From the NCBI GenBank assembly GCA_002269645.1, contig NIVC01001767.1, positions 1 to 64,000 on the forward strand: a stretch of DNA of 64,000 nt, written 5' to 3'. The notes beneath the pieces were generated by a model. It saw only the letters and a list, made by a program, of their open reading frames with translations, searched no databases and was not told the origin of the DNA. Shown here in pieces: positions 51,057-64,000 of the stretch (the stretch's first letter is position 1; each line of letters opens with the position of its first letter). Made by a program: the position numbers and the translations under genes. Source of the DNA: Macrostomum lignano (Eukaryota).

Positions 51057-51138
<82 letters not shown>

Positions 51139-52034
51139 CATTTGCATCGCGTTAAACCGGGATGCTGGCTGCCACATTCAGTTGTTTCCCATGTCCCTAT
51201 ATTTCTGAGCCGTGTCTCTTTAATTCTGTCATTTATTCCATCTTATCTCCCGTGAGACTTCTGGCCCTCTGTGCTGCAAATGGTTTGACGGAGACAGGGG
51301 CAAAAGAGGCAGGGTAAGGAGGGCAAAAGTCGGGGCGCAGAAATCCGGCTCCCATTTGGGACATTTTCCTCTGGCAATGAGCAGTGGAGGATAGGAAAGT
51401 GCTTGAGTGCCCCGACACTCAAAATGCTGACATAATTCTATCAGGCTGACAGGCTTTAACACTGAAAGTCTACTGCATCGGAATTCCCCTCCAGACTCCG
51501 CTCTCTCTTCCCCCTATCTGCTCTCATATCTCCCTCTTTGCTCTCACACCTCCCTCTCTGATCTTATATCTCCCTCTCTGCTCTCGTATCTCCATATCCA
51601 TATACAAAAAAAGCTGTCCTGAAATCTCCCTCTCTCCTTTCATACCCCCTCTCCTCTCATATCTCCCTATCTGCTCTCATATCCCCCTCTCTGCTCTCAT
51701 ATCTCCCTATCTGCTCTCATATCCCCCTCTCTGTTCTCATATCTCCCTCTCTCTTCTCATATCCCCCTATCTCTTCTCATATCTCCCTATCTGCTCTCAT
51801 ATCCCCCTCTCTCTTCTCATATCTCCCTCTCTGCTCTCATCTATCTACCTGCTCTCATATTTCCCTATCTGCTCTTTGAACTAACTCTCGCTACTTGTAA
51901 CAACTCTCACAAAATTTTGCAGACACCTGAGAGCGCAACGATTCGACCGGGTCTACAAGTGCGAGTCGGATTTGTCCAGATGCCAGAATGAAATTCGACT
52001 GACAGCACTAGAATTGGCTCAGGTGCAAGCTCAG
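43261..52034 (+). CDS. F-BAR-domain protein with following coiled coil (possibly the N-terminal half of an invertebrate STAC-like gene); exons 43261-43447, 44140-44260, 44337-44433, 45785-46090, 46517-46597, 46669-46857, 47725-47882, 51923-52034; continues downstream
   Basis: All junctions keep phase (1,2,0,0,0,0,2,0), with one GC donor at 44434. F-BAR-like helices: SVIQPLWNLLVAECQTEAK|ALTRLANSL, YNRYAMQLAASN...LPEVMQ|ELDHIE. No stop reached by 52034. Confidence 0.8.
43520..44107. repeat. (GCAGAA/GCA)n frame-preserving low-complexity repeat in F-BAR coding intron 1
   Basis: Direct reading; the register is held throughout (minus-strand SASA ORF is unbroken). Confidence 0.93.
44810..45715. repeat. 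15-bp pyrimidine-rich minisatellite (CCCGATTCTTCCCCT)
   Basis: Direct reading; fills the GC-AG intron. Confidence 0.96.
46200..46505. repeat. 26-bp CT-rich minisatellite (CTCTTATCTCTCACATCTCCCCTCCC) ending at an acceptor
   Basis: Direct reading. Confidence 0.92.
46880..47410. repeat. 30-bp minisatellite (ATGAGCAATGATAAGGTCATGATCTGATTT)
   Basis: Direct reading. Confidence 0.94.
47893..50320. repeat. 26-bp minisatellite (CTGGGTCAGCAATCCCAATTACTGTA), ~93 copies, starting ~10 bp after the donor
   Basis: Direct reading. Confidence 0.97.
50960..51138. repeat. (GATA)n microsatellite
   Basis: Direct reading. Confidence 0.97.
51500..51870. repeat. ~20-bp CT-rich repeat (ATATCTCCCTCTCTGCTCTC) upstream of an acceptor
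   Basis: Direct reading. Confidence 0.85.
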
Positions 52035-52159
52035 GTACTAGAGTCCGGTTTGTTTATTAGTTATTAGTCTAATATTCTACATCATATTAGCAAGCAAACA
52101 TCACAAAGACTAATAATGAAAATAGGTATTAACAACTGGAGCAATTAATAAACTAAACA

Positions 52160-52293
52160 GTTAATAAATAAATAAATAAATCAATTAATTAATCAATCAA
52201 TTAATCTATCATTCAATCAATCAATCAACCAATCAATCAACCAACCAATCAATCAATCAATCAACCAAACAAGCAATCGATCAATCAATCAAC

Positions 52294-52336
<43 letters not shown>

Positions 52337-52381
52337 CCAACCAATCAATCAATCGATTAATCAATCAATCAATCAATCAAC

Positions 52382-52420
<39 letters not shown>

Positions 52421-52421
52421 C

Positions 52422-52456
<35 letters not shown>

Positions 52457-52457
52457 C

Positions 52458-52488
<31 letters not shown>

Positions 52489-52570
52489 CCAACCAATCAA
52501 TCAATCGATTAATCAATCAATCAATCAATCAAGCAATCAATCAATTAATTAATCAATCAATCAGTCAATC
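52160..52570. repeat. (AATC)n/(AACC)n microsatellite
   Basis: Direct reading. Confidence 0.95.
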
Positions 52571-53024
52571 TTGACTAGCCATTGGTCAAATCGAACTGCG
52601 AGAGTAAAATATTGCATGCCTATCCTTTCAAGTCGCTAAAAGTTTTAGTTGCTAAGGGGAGAGACCGGAGACTAAGAGAGTTACATGGTGAGGCACAGAG
52701 TTATGAGGCCACGCAGAGCTCAGCCAAGAGGAATCAATGGACCATGGTTGGTGCTCAAGTTTCCTTTAGCATTCTTCCCTCCTCCACATTCGAAATCATT
52801 ACGAGTCTCCCCCCCTCCCCAAGGCCGACATCCCACCTGTTCCCGCAAGGAAGTAGAGAGGGCTGCAAATATTCACTCGATGAGGAGCACAGGCTCTCTG
52901 CTCTTCATGCCTCATCACGGATGCTGAGCGGAGCTGCTTTTATCCTAATGAGGCAAATAGAGCAAAGATAGACAGACTCGCGGCACTTGAAAGCACTTGT
53001 TGCTAGGGTGCCAATATGTACGGG

Positions 53025-55035
53025 AGTTGTTTATTAGATTGGGTGTCCGTGTTTATTACATTGGGTGTCTCTGTTTATTACATTGGGTGTCTCTGTTTAT
53101 TAGATTGGGTGTCTGTGTTTATTAGATTCGGTGAGTGTTTATTAGATTGGGTGTCCGTGTTTATTACATTGGGTGTCTCTGTTTATTACATTGGGTGTCT
53201 CTGTTTATTAGATTGGGTGTCTGTGTTTATTAGATTCGGTGAGTGTTTATTAGATTGGGTGTCTGTGTTTATTAGATTCGGTGAGTGTTCATTACATTGG
53301 GTGTCAGTGTTTATTAGATTCGGTGAGTGTTTATTACATCGGGTGTCTGTGTTTATTACATTGGGTGTCTGTGTTTATTACATTGGGTGTCTGTGTTTAT
53401 TACATTGGGTGTCTGTGTTTATTACATTGGGTGTCTGTGTTTATTACATTGGGTGTCTGTGTTTATTACATCGGGTGTCTGTGTTTATTAGATTCGGTGA
53501 GTGTTTATTACATCGGGTGTCTGTGTTTATTACATTGGGTGTCTGTGTTTATTACATTGGGTGTCTGTGTTTATTACATTGGGTGTCTGTGTTTATTACA
53601 TTGGGTGTCTCTGTTTATTACATTGGGTGTCTCTGTTTATTAGATTGTGTGTCTGTGTTTATTAGATTCGGTGAGTGTTTATTAGATTGGGTGTCTGTGT
53701 TTATTAGATTCGGTGAGTGTTTATTACATTGGGTGTCAGTGTTTATTAGATTCGGTGAGTCTTTATTACATCGGGTGTCTGTGTTTATTACATCGGGTGT
53801 CTGTGTTTATTACATTGGGTGTCTGTGTTTATTACATTGGGTGTCTGTGTTTATTACATTGGGTGTCTGTGTTTATTACATTGGGTGTCTCTGTTTATTA
53901 CATTGGGTGTCTCTGTTTATTATATTGGGTGTCTGTGTTTATTAGATTCGGTGAGTGTTTATTAGATTGGGTGTCTGTGTTTATTAGATTCGGTGAGTGT
54001 TTATTACATTGGGTGTCAGTGTTTATTAGATTCGGTGAGTGTTTATTACATCGGGTGTCTGTGTTTATTACATTGGGTGTCTGTGTTTATTACATTGGGT
54101 GTCTGTGTTTATTACATTGGGTGTCTGTGTTTATTAGATTCGGTGAGTGTTTATTAGATTGGGTGTCTGTGTTTATTAGATTCGGTGAGTGTTTATTACA
54201 TTGGGTGTCAGTGTTTATTAGATTCGGTGAGTGTTTATTACATCGGGTGTCTGTGTTTATTACATTGGGTGTCTGTGTTTATTACATTGGGTGTCTGTGT
54301 TTATTACATTGGGTGTCTGTGTTTATTACATTGGGTGTCTGTGTTTATTACATTGGGTGTCTGTGTTTATTACATCGGGTGTCTGTGTTTATTAGATTCG
54401 GTGAGTGTTTATTACATCGGGTGTCTGTGTTTATTACATTGGGTGTCTGTGTTTATTACATTGGGTGTCTGTGTTTATTACATTGGGTGTCTGTGTTTAT
54501 TACATTGGGTGTCTGTGTTTATTACATCGGGTGTCTGTGTTTATTAGATTCGGTGAGTGTTTATTACATCGGGTGTCTGTGTTTATTACATTGGGTGTCT
54601 GTGTTTATTACATTGGGTGTCTGTGTTTATTACATTGGGTGTCTGTGTTTATTACATTAGGTGTCCGTGTTTATTACATCGGGTGTCTGTGTTTATTAGA
54701 TTCGGTGAGTGTTTATTACATTGGGTGTCAGTGTTTATTAGATTTGGTGAGTGTTTATTACATTGGGTGTCAGTGTTTATTACATTGGGTGTCAATGTTT
54801 ATTAGATTTGGTGAGTGTTTATTACATTGGGTGTCAGTGTTTATTACATTGGGTGTCAGTGTTTATTACATTGGGTGTCAGTGTTTATTACATTGGGTGT
54901 CAGTGTTTATTAGATTCGGTGAGTGTTAATTACATTGGGTGTCAGTGTTTATTAGATTCGGTGAGTGTTTATTACATTGGGTGTCAGTGTTTATTAGATT
55001 CGGTGAGTGTTTATTACATTGGGTGTCAGTGTTTA
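53025..55035. repeat. 20/22-bp two-variant minisatellite (GTGTTTATTACATTGGGTGTCT / GTGTTTATTAGATTCGGTGA)
   Basis: Direct reading. Confidence 0.96.
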
Positions 55036-55095
55036 TTGTATTGTGTGTCAGGCCAATTCCGCCAATCAAGATTCTGGGGCTATAACAATATTAAG

Positions 55096-55315
55096 AATAA
55101 TAATAATAATAATTGATTACCCCTGCCCTAGTGGGCAGATGTGCAACCGACAGCTCAGCCGCAGCTATTGCGCGGCGCATCTGAAGGCTGCGTACGGCTG
55201 TTCAGTCCAAGGACTGGGGGGTCGCCACACACACCCTCAATTACCCGAGCAGTTAATTGTTCCAGTGCAATCGGGAATCGAACCCACGACCTTCAAGTCG
55301 ACTTCAGTTTCGATT
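55096..55315 (-). mobile_element. tRNA-related SINE-like element, probably 5'-truncated
   Basis: Pol III B-box GGTTCGATTCCC on the minus strand (~55273-55284), GC-rich body, (ATT)n tail at 55096-55113; no cloverleaf or clear A-box. Confidence 0.6.
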
Positions 55316-55689
55316 TCGCCTTAAAAATGAAAAGTCAAATAAAGAATCCCTGTAACCTGGGCGCATCTTTCAGTTTCGTCCACACAGCTGGCCTAGCAAG
55401 TAATTGCATTTGCGCCGGCGGAAATCTACACTGAATTATTGATGAGAAGATGGCGAGATCTGTGCTCAAAATGCCAGGGATTCTGGCCACGGTTTCGGAG
55501 CATCGATCAGGGTAGAGATGGACTCAGTTCTCAATAGATCATAGTATTGAGTGTGCACTTTAAATAGAGTGTGGGCAAACTGAGGTGCGCTTTGTATCTT
55601 TGCCCTTGGCTGCGGCTGCTTCAATAATGGACCAACATGTACTTTCAGTTACATTGACCTGCTTTTTACTGGGCAGCGCTGCTAATCGA

Positions 55690-55935
55690 AACACGTCTCC
55701 CTTCTTGTCTCCTTTTCTGTCTCCCTTCCTGTCTCCTTTTCTGTCTCCCTTCCTGTCTCCCTTCCTGTCTCCTTTTCTGTCTCCCTTCCTGTCTCAATTT
55801 CTGTTTCCCTTTCTGTCTCCCTTTCTGTGTCCCTTTCTGTCTTCCTTTCTGTCTCCTTTTCTGTTTCCCTTTCTGTCTCCTTTTCTGTCTCCCTTCCTGT
55901 CTCCCTTTCTGCCTCTCTTTCTGTCTCCCTTTTGG
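55690..55935. repeat. 12-bp repeat (CTGTCTCCYTTY)
   Basis: Direct reading. Confidence 0.9.
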
Positions 55936-56296
55936 TCACGCAGATTTAGTTTCGCACACAGAATTCACAACCGGCCTCATCATTACGATCGTACCCGCTG
56001 GTTTCCAGCGATTTGTGGCATTTTAACGTTTGAAAATATTTCAAACACAGCAAGCCTGCAGTACGGAGATCGCTTTTGCCTGATAGAAATCTGAACAAAA
56101 CAATGGTGACGATAATTATATGCAGCTGAATAATCCACATCCGGTATCGTATTTGAAATTTTGAGAAGCCATGCATTATGGCTCAGCCAAACCCCTGCCT
56201 GCTCAACAGTTCCGCGCACTGAGCTCACAGTCTGACTGATGAGCATCACCACTGGGTCATTGAGCTGCTACTTCCTGCTCTGTGCCCCATCCAGTG

Positions 56297-56495
<199 letters not shown>

Positions 56496-57054
56496 ATATT
56501 TCTTCTTCCTCCCCGTAATTCGGGAAAATCTCTATTTTCCATTTCTGCGCCACTAATTTGACTCATATTTCTGTTTTTCTCTCCAACCAGGCGCACACAT
56601 CCCACATACAAACGGTTCCCCTCACCTCCCTGCCCTTTCTGAATTTCCAAATAGCCGATTCGCCCTCTCAATGCCGACTTGCACTCTTCTGCGCCGCGCC
56701 ATAGAGCGACTTCCCTATAGAAGAGGCACGAAACCGTGCAGATCCCTTTCTATGAAACTGTAGCCACTGATGACCGGGGGGGGGGGATGAATTCGCTGCG
56801 CTCGCAGAACGCAGACGCAGAAATTCATAATCGGCGCAGTGCCGGTCGGACCATTTTTCCCGCAGCCCTGCCATATTCTGCCGCAGCCAAGGTGGAAGAG
56901 AAAAAAGGAGAGAAGAAGATAAATTAGATTTTCGGATCCCAGCAGTCGACTTGCATCCATCTTTCCTCGCTACCTGGACCCCCTTCCTTAATACACCAAC
57001 TGAACCCCGGAGAGTCCCAGGCCAACAGCACGTCAAAGTTATCCGTTGGCTCGA

Positions 57055-60000
57055 ATGTCTTCCAAAGGCAACGGTGCCGGCAGCGGGCCTTCCAGGCAGT
57101 CCAGTTTGAAAGAATTCGTCAGCCAGCGACTGGGCTCTCGGAGGCCAAATCTCACCAGGCAGCACTCTGTGGCGGCTGACCACAGCGATGCCCCAGCAGG
57201 CCGAATCAGATACCCTCAGCAGCAGCAGCAGCCGCCGCGGTTCCTTTCACCTCAGCCGCTGTCCAGGCACCTGACACCAGGGCCGCATTTGGTGCATCAG
57301 CGAAGCAGCGAGAGTCACGACTCCACCGTCAGCGCTGCCTCCATGGCGTCCGCCGCCTCCTACGGCGGGCGCACCCGTTGGAGTGGCGCCGAGGGTGCAG
57401 AGGGATACTCAGTGAGGACTGTATCGTTGAGGCCCGCGTGCAGAGGACTGGCTGACTTGATTTCTCTCCTTGAGACCCTAACCCTAACCCTAACCCTAAC
57501 CCTAACCCTAACCCTAATCCTAAATTTCTATTCCTGAGATTCTATTCAATGAAATCCCTGAGATTCTATTCAATCTCTATTCCTGAGATTCTATTCAATC
57601 TCTATTCCTGAGATTCTATTCAATCTCTATTCCTGAGATTCTATTCAATCTCTATTCCTGAGATTCTATTCAATCTCTATTCCTGAGATTCTATTCAATC
57701 TCTATTCCTGAGATTCTATTCAATCTCTATTCCTGAGATTCTATTCAATCTCTATTCCTGAGATTCTATTCAATCTCTATTCCTGAGATTCTATTCAATC
57801 TCTATTCCTGAGATTCTATTCAATCTCTATTCCTGAGATTCTATTCAATCTCTATTCCTGAGATTCTATTCAATCTCTATCCCTGAGATTCAATTCAATG
57901 AAATCCCTGAGATTCTATTCAATGAAATTCCTGAGATTCTATTCAATGAGATTCCTGAGATTCTATCCCTGAGATTCTATTCAATCTCTATCCCTGAGAT
58001 TCAATTCAATGAAATCCCTGAGATTCTATTCAATGAAATTCCTGAGATTCTATTCAATGAGATTCCTGAGATTCTATCCCTGAGATTCTATTCAATCTCT
58101 ATTCAATCAGCCATCCTATCAATGTTCCACCCAATGCAGATGGATCTGCTCAACATGAGACGAGATGATGAAGATGACGAGGACGGCGAGGACAGGAAGG
58201 ACGAGGCCAGCATCAAGGGCCTGTGGAAGAGGGCGTTTAGCTCTTTAAAAATTCGCGACCGGATTAAGGTGATCATTTAGTGTTAATAGATTTACTCTAC
58301 TGCGAGTACACAGATGAAATTAGACAGATTTAGGTAAAGAGCTGAGAGTAGATATGTAAAGGAAGTAGGAAATTGAAAATAAAAAAACACGTAAAGTCAA
58401 CAAAAGAGAATAGATGAGAAGAGTAGACAGGTGAGAGTAGACAGGTGAAAGTAGACAGGTGAAAGTAGACAGGTGAGAGTAGACAGTTGAGAGTAGACAG
58501 TTGAGAGTAGACAGTTGAGAGTAGACAGGTGAGAGTAGACAGTTGAGAGTAGACAGGTGAGAGTAGACAGGTGAGAGTAGACAGTTGAGAGTAGACAGGT
58601 GAGAGTAGACAGGTGAGAGTAGACAGTTGAGAGTAGACAGGTGAAATTAGACAGGTGAGAGTAGACAGGTGAGAGTAGACAGGTGAAATTAGACAGGTCA
58701 GAGTAGACAGTTGAGAGTAGACAGGTGAAATTAGACAGGTGAGAGTAGACAGGTGAGAGTAGACAGGTGAAATTAGACAGGTCAGAGTAGACAGGTGAGA
58801 GTAGACAGGTGAAATTAGACAGGTGAGAGTAGACAGGTGAGAGTAGACAGGTGAGAGTAGACAGGTGAGAGTAGACAGGTGAAATTAGACAGGTGTGAGT
58901 AGACAGGTGAGAGTAGACAGTTAAGAGTAGACAGGTGAAATTAGACAGGTCAGAGTAGACAGGTCAGAGTAGACAGGTGTGAGTAGACAGGTGAGAGTAG
59001 ACAGGTGAGAGTAGACAGGTACTATTAACACAGGTGATCAGAGTAGAGTTTCAATTAATTTTCTGACAGTCAGGCGTCATCAATAAGACACGACGAGGCA
59101 GGAGAGAAGAATTGAAGGTTGGAAATAATCTATTTGTACGAATAGTATGCAGACAGTATGAGGAAAAGAGCAGGCTAACAACTAGCTGCACCTCACGAGT
59201 TCGTGATCTCTCATCCGCCCCTGCACTGCACCTCACATCGCTCCCGAGATGCAAATATTTGAAGCACCTACATTCGAGAGGCTGTCTATTTCTCCTGCTC
59301 AAGCGGGTGGGCCATCAGTAGTGCACTTTTATTGTTTCCTCTCACCGTCTCTCCAAGCCAGATGCTTCCAATTAACTGAATTTCACTCTATAATCCCCTT
59401 TTGTTTCGTTTCAGTCGCCTAAGAAGAAAAAAGGCTCGAAAGACGAAGAGGGTGAGTTGTTCGCTTTTGAGTTCACGCGATCGTGGCGCGTTGCTAAGCA
59501 TAAGGGATTGGCATGATAAAAGCAAAATAAAATTAATTAATATTTTTTAGACGACATCGATCCAGTCTATTACTTGTTGAAGCACGCCGCCGACAAGGGC
59601 ACGCAGCGATGTCCGGCCTGTTCGCAGCAGCAGCCGACTACTTCTAGCGGGGCTTCGGCGTCCGGTATGTTTAATTTTCTTTATTTGTTAAAATTTTGTC
59701 AATTGTTTTGTTTTAACGCGCATGAATTTTGTCGATGTAAAAGAAATTGCCATTGCCTGATTGTTAAATGAACAGTTACTAACAATCGCTAAACTTAGAA
59801 AAAATGGGAAAGCTTTATTGAAAATTACCAATAAATTAACAAGCCTCTCACACAAAAGACTGCTTTAGTACTACCGTACTATAGCTAAACGTTCGATCCA
59901 GTGCGAAAGCGTACTAAACTATTGCATGACCAGACACTAGATCATTGACTGTCGTGTATATCCCAGCGCTAATTGCATGATTTTTTATAGTTATTAATAA

Positions 60001-63000
60001 ATATACGAGCATAGCTCCATTCGCCCCTTTAAAACAACGAAGGAATTGATCAGTCAGAAATTAAACTATGAGTAGGCGCGTAATATTTGTTATTATATAT
60101 CAAATTATTTATTTAGGTAATATATATACTCGTATTAGCTATTAAAATTTTACCCAGATTTTATAGCCAATTAATTCTTATGGAAACAAACCTCAATTTA
60201 TTTAGCTTTTTTCAACCAGCATCCGTAAATGTGCCATAACTATACTTATGCCATTTACGAGCGTAGCTATAGGCAGAGTTATTTCACTTTTTAGAATTAC
60301 GACGGATGTAAGAAGTTTTAGTCGTTTATTGTTAATATAAAATATTATTATTACATCCATGGGATATTGTCAAATATTGGCATGAGAAGAATCTCTATAT
60401 CTTTGAAATATATCAGTTTTAGTATTAATTAATATATTATTATAATATAATATTATAATATTATATAATATATAATAATATATTTTAACATTAGAAACCG
60501 GAGAAAAGAGCTACATATGTATGTACCTGCATGTATTACCTAAAAAACGAAAGTTTCTAGCATAACAAACTACTTTCTGGAGCTTTCTATACATAGTTGT
60601 TTGAATTCAATGCACAAGTTCCTAATAATTTTGCTCAGGCCTTTTTTTCTAATGTATTTTTGTGCATCGATTTAAACTGTATCGATTTAAATTTGCACCG
60701 ATTCAAATCACGTGCGCATGTGTACATTTGAATTAAATTGCGTTGATTTTAATTGCATCGGTTTAAAGAAAGCGCATCTAATTATATTGTGTCGATTGAT
60801 AGTGGCTTGAATTACAGTTTATTGATTTAAGTCCTTCGATTTTAAACGCATCTTGATTTAGTACATTTAACATGTACGTACAAAGCAATAAAACCCGATT
60901 ACTTGTTTAAATTGCTGTTGCTATTCAAAGAAGCATTTCTTTGGTCCCCCGCTATGCTCGCTATGCTATGCTTTATTTTTAGCCGGCAAGACTGACAAAT
61001 TTTGTTTGAATTTTTCCCTGTGCAGTGTATTGTACTCGTCGCATGGTTTGTTTACAAGAATAATTTATGACGCAACCAACATTTTACATTAACGCGCCAT
61101 ATTACGCTGTATTAATAATTTCTAATTGCTCAATTTTATTATTGTTTCTATTTATCTTTAATATAAAATTGGCCTGCATATAGCAGCATGTCTTCAGTTT
61201 TGTGATGTGCAAAATTCCGAGATTGTATATGATGATTCAGGCTTTTACATGTATAATTAATTAATGTATTAGTGTGGATTCGAATGACTACTTACATGTA
61301 CATTCGCCTCACTGCACACTGCACTGCACTCTGCACTCTGCCTCACTGCACACTGCACTGCACTCTGCCTCACTGCACTGCACTCTGCCTCACTGCACAT
61401 TGCACTGCACTCTGCCTCACTGCACATTGCACTGCACTCTGCCTCACTGCACATTGCACTGCACTCTGCCTCACTGCACTGCACTGTGCCTCACTGCACA
61501 CTGCACTGCACTCTGCACTCTGCCTCACTGCACACTGCACTCTGCCTCACTGCACTGCACTCTGCCTCACTTCACATTGCACTGCACTCTGCCTCACTGC
61601 ACATTGCACTGCACTCTGCCTCACTGCACTGCACTGTGCCTCACTGCACACTGCACTGCACTCTGCACTCTGCCTCACTGCACACTGCACTCTGCACTCT
61701 GCCTCACTGCACACTGCACTCTGCACTCTGCCTCACTGCACATTGCACTCTGCACTCTGCCTCACTGCACATTGCACTGCACTCTGCCTCACTGCACATT
61801 GCACTGCACTCTGCCTCACTGCACACTGCACTGCACTCTGCACTCTGCCTCACTGCACACTGCACTGCACTCTGCACTCTGCCTCACTGCACACTGCACT
61901 CTGCACTCTGCCTCACTGCACACTGCACTCTGCACTCTGCCTCACTGCACATTGCACTGCACTCTGCCTCACTGCACATTGCACTGCACTCTGCCTCACT
62001 GCACATTGCACTGCACTCTGCCTCACTGCACACTGCACTGCACTCTGCACTCTGCCTCACTGCACTGCACTCTGCCTCACTGCACTGCACTCTGCCTCAC
62101 TGCACACTGCACTGCACTCTGCACTCTGCCTCACTGCACACTGCACTCTGCACTCTGCCTCACTGCACACTGCACACTGCACACTGCACTCTGCACTCTG
62201 CCTCACTGCACATTGCACTGCACTCTGCCTCACTGCACTGCACTCTGCCTCACTGCACACTGCACTGCACTCTGCACTCTGCCTCACTGCACACTGCACT
62301 CTGCACTCTGCCTCACTGCACACTGCACTCTGCACTCTGCCTCACTGCACATTGCACTGCACTCTGCCTCACTGCACATTGCACTGCACTCTGCCTCACT
62401 GCACATTGCACTGCACTCTGCCTCACTGCACACTGCACTGCACTCTGCACTCTGCCTCACTGCACTGCACTCTGCCTCACTGCACTGCACTCTGCCTCAC
62501 TGCACACTGCACTGCACTCTGCACTCGGCCTCACTGCACACTGCACTCTGCACTCTGCCTCACTGCACACTGCACTCTGCACTCTGCCTCACTGCACATT
62601 GCACTGCACTCTGCCTCACTGCACATTGCACTGCACTCTGCCTCACTGCACTGCACTCTGCCTCACTGCACACTGCACTCTGCCTCACTGCACACTGCAC
62701 TGCACTCTGCACTCTGCCTCACTGTACACTGCACTGCACTGCACTCTGCCTCACTGCACACTGCACTGCACTCTGCACTCTGCCTCACTGCACTGCACTC
62801 TGCCTCACTGCACACTGCACTGCACTCTGCACTCTGCCTCACTGCACACTGCACTCTGCACTCTGCCTCACTGCACACTGCACTCTGCCTCACTGGACAC
62901 TGCGCTGCACTCTGCCTCACTTCAAGCTGCGCAGTAATCTCTTTTGTTTCCAGCCGCCCCAGTGTGCAGCGGCAGCAGCTGCAGCTGCTTCTGCCACAGC

Positions 63001-63193
63001 CGCCAGTCAGGCATCGCGGCTGCCAGCAGGTCTTCTAGTCAGCAGCCGCCCGCAGCTCCGACGCCGCCGCCAACGCCTCTGCCCAGCATCCGGTTGAACG
63101 ACTCAAGCCAGGCTTCATCGTCTCAACGACAGAATCCTCATCACTCGAGTCATCCAGCTGCCCTGACGCACCAGATGTCCGCTCCAGTTCCCG
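57055..63193 (+). CDS. exons of a STAC-like (SH3 and cysteine-rich family) N-terminal region: 57055-57411, 58140-58268, 59415-59451, 59551-59664, 62954-~63193; likely continues beyond the window
   Basis: Phase-consistent GT-AG junctions (0,0,1,1). Reads MSSKGNG...; IKGLWKRAFSSLK; DDIDPVYYLLKHAA, similar to the DPVYETL motif of STAC proteins. No C1 or SH3 domain in the window, so the family call is tentative; last donor uncertain. Confidence 0.6.
57476..57523. repeat. interstitial telomeric repeat (CCCTAA)7 + TCCTAA
   Basis: Direct reading. Confidence 0.92.
57530..58110. repeat. 25-bp minisatellite (TCTATTCCTGAGATTCTATTCAATC)
   Basis: Direct reading. Confidence 0.95.
58425..59020. repeat. 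14-bp minisatellite (GAGAGTAGACAGGT)
   Basis: Direct reading. Confidence 0.95.
61305..62920. repeat. CACTG/CTCTG-based complex minisatellite ending ~30 bp before an acceptor
   Basis: Direct reading. Confidence 0.96.
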
Positions 63194-63504
63194 GTAGCGT
63201 CTTCAGGAGCAGGAAGAAATGATCATCAGTTGTTTCTGGGGAGCTGGAAGATTCCAAGTGACTTAAGTGTTATCTTGTTAATAACACGAGACAGAAACAT
63301 TTTGTTTATCTGCTTTTTGCAATGTTTCATATAACTATATGCTTGCGAGCTAAGAATTGCGGATAAGTTTTTCTACTTTATTTGCGATAATTTAACCTTA
63401 TGTACAGCAGCATGTTCGCAACGTTTATCTGTAGTTATAATTTCTTTTATTTTAATGCCTCAGATAGTCACGAATCATTTCTTAAAGCACCTTTCGTGTT
63501 TAGA

Positions 63505-64000
63505 GACAATCCACCATTCTCTAAGTGGACAATCTACCATTCTCTAAGTGGACAATCCACCATTCTCTAAGTGGACAATCCACCATTCTCTAAGTGGACA
63601 ATCCACCATTCTCTAAGTGGACAATCCACCATTCTCTAAGTGGACAATGCACCATTCTCTAAGTGGACAATCCACCATTCTCTAAGTGGACAATCCACCA
63701 TTCTCTAAGTGGACAATCCACCATTCTCTAAGTGGACAATCCACCATTCTCTAAGTGGACAATGCACCATTCTCTAAGTGGACAATCCACCATTCTCTAT
63801 TTGGACAATCCACCATTCTCTATTTGGACAATCCACCATTCTCTATGTGGACAATCCACCATTCTCTAAGTGGACAATCCACCATTCTCTATGTGTACAA
63901 TCCACCATTCTCTAAGTGGACAATCCACCATTCTCTAAGTGGACAATCCACCATTCTCTAAGTGGACAATCCACCATTCTCTAAGTGGACAATCCACCAT
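63505..64000. repeat. 23-bp minisatellite (CCACCATTCTCTAAGTGGACAAT), runs off the window
   Basis: Direct reading. Confidence 0.96.

Noticed and set aside
55260-55300. tRNA gene
   Set aside because: Only a B-box/T-arm-like motif is present; no acceptor stem, D-arm or anticodon arm could be folded.

Overview
Eukaryotic (animal) genomic DNA, not prokaryotic. It has spliceosomal GT-AG genes, introns packed with mini/microsatellites, MITEs and (TTAGGG)n. The style resembles the flatworm Macrostomum lignano, but that is an unverified inference. Positions 1-9233 are the right-hand part of an AT-rich Polinton/Maverick (adintovirus-like) element. It carries a frameshifted protein-primed PolB, GG/GxG-motif core-protein precursors, an amphipathic membrane-lytic-like ORF, an L-type-lectin-like ORF and an AGTAGT terminus. 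The Polinton has inserted into a DNA transposon (9234-10149). That transposon's surviving end reads CACAGCG-23 bp-AAAAAAATC (Transib/23RSS-like), and its ORF starts with a RAG1-CND/Chapaev-like Zn-binding domain; this is the most interesting object in the window. Host genes: a GT32 (SUR1/OCH1-like DXD) glycosyltransferase on the minus strand, a 4-coding-exon AKAP1/spoonbill-like KH-Tudor gene, an F-BAR gene with a GC-AG intron, and downstream exons with a STAC-like DPVY motif that may belong to the same locus. Nearly all long ORFs in the supplied track after 10 kb are translations of tandem repeats. Exon boundaries were read by hand and checked for phase; family names come from motif recognition, not database searches.
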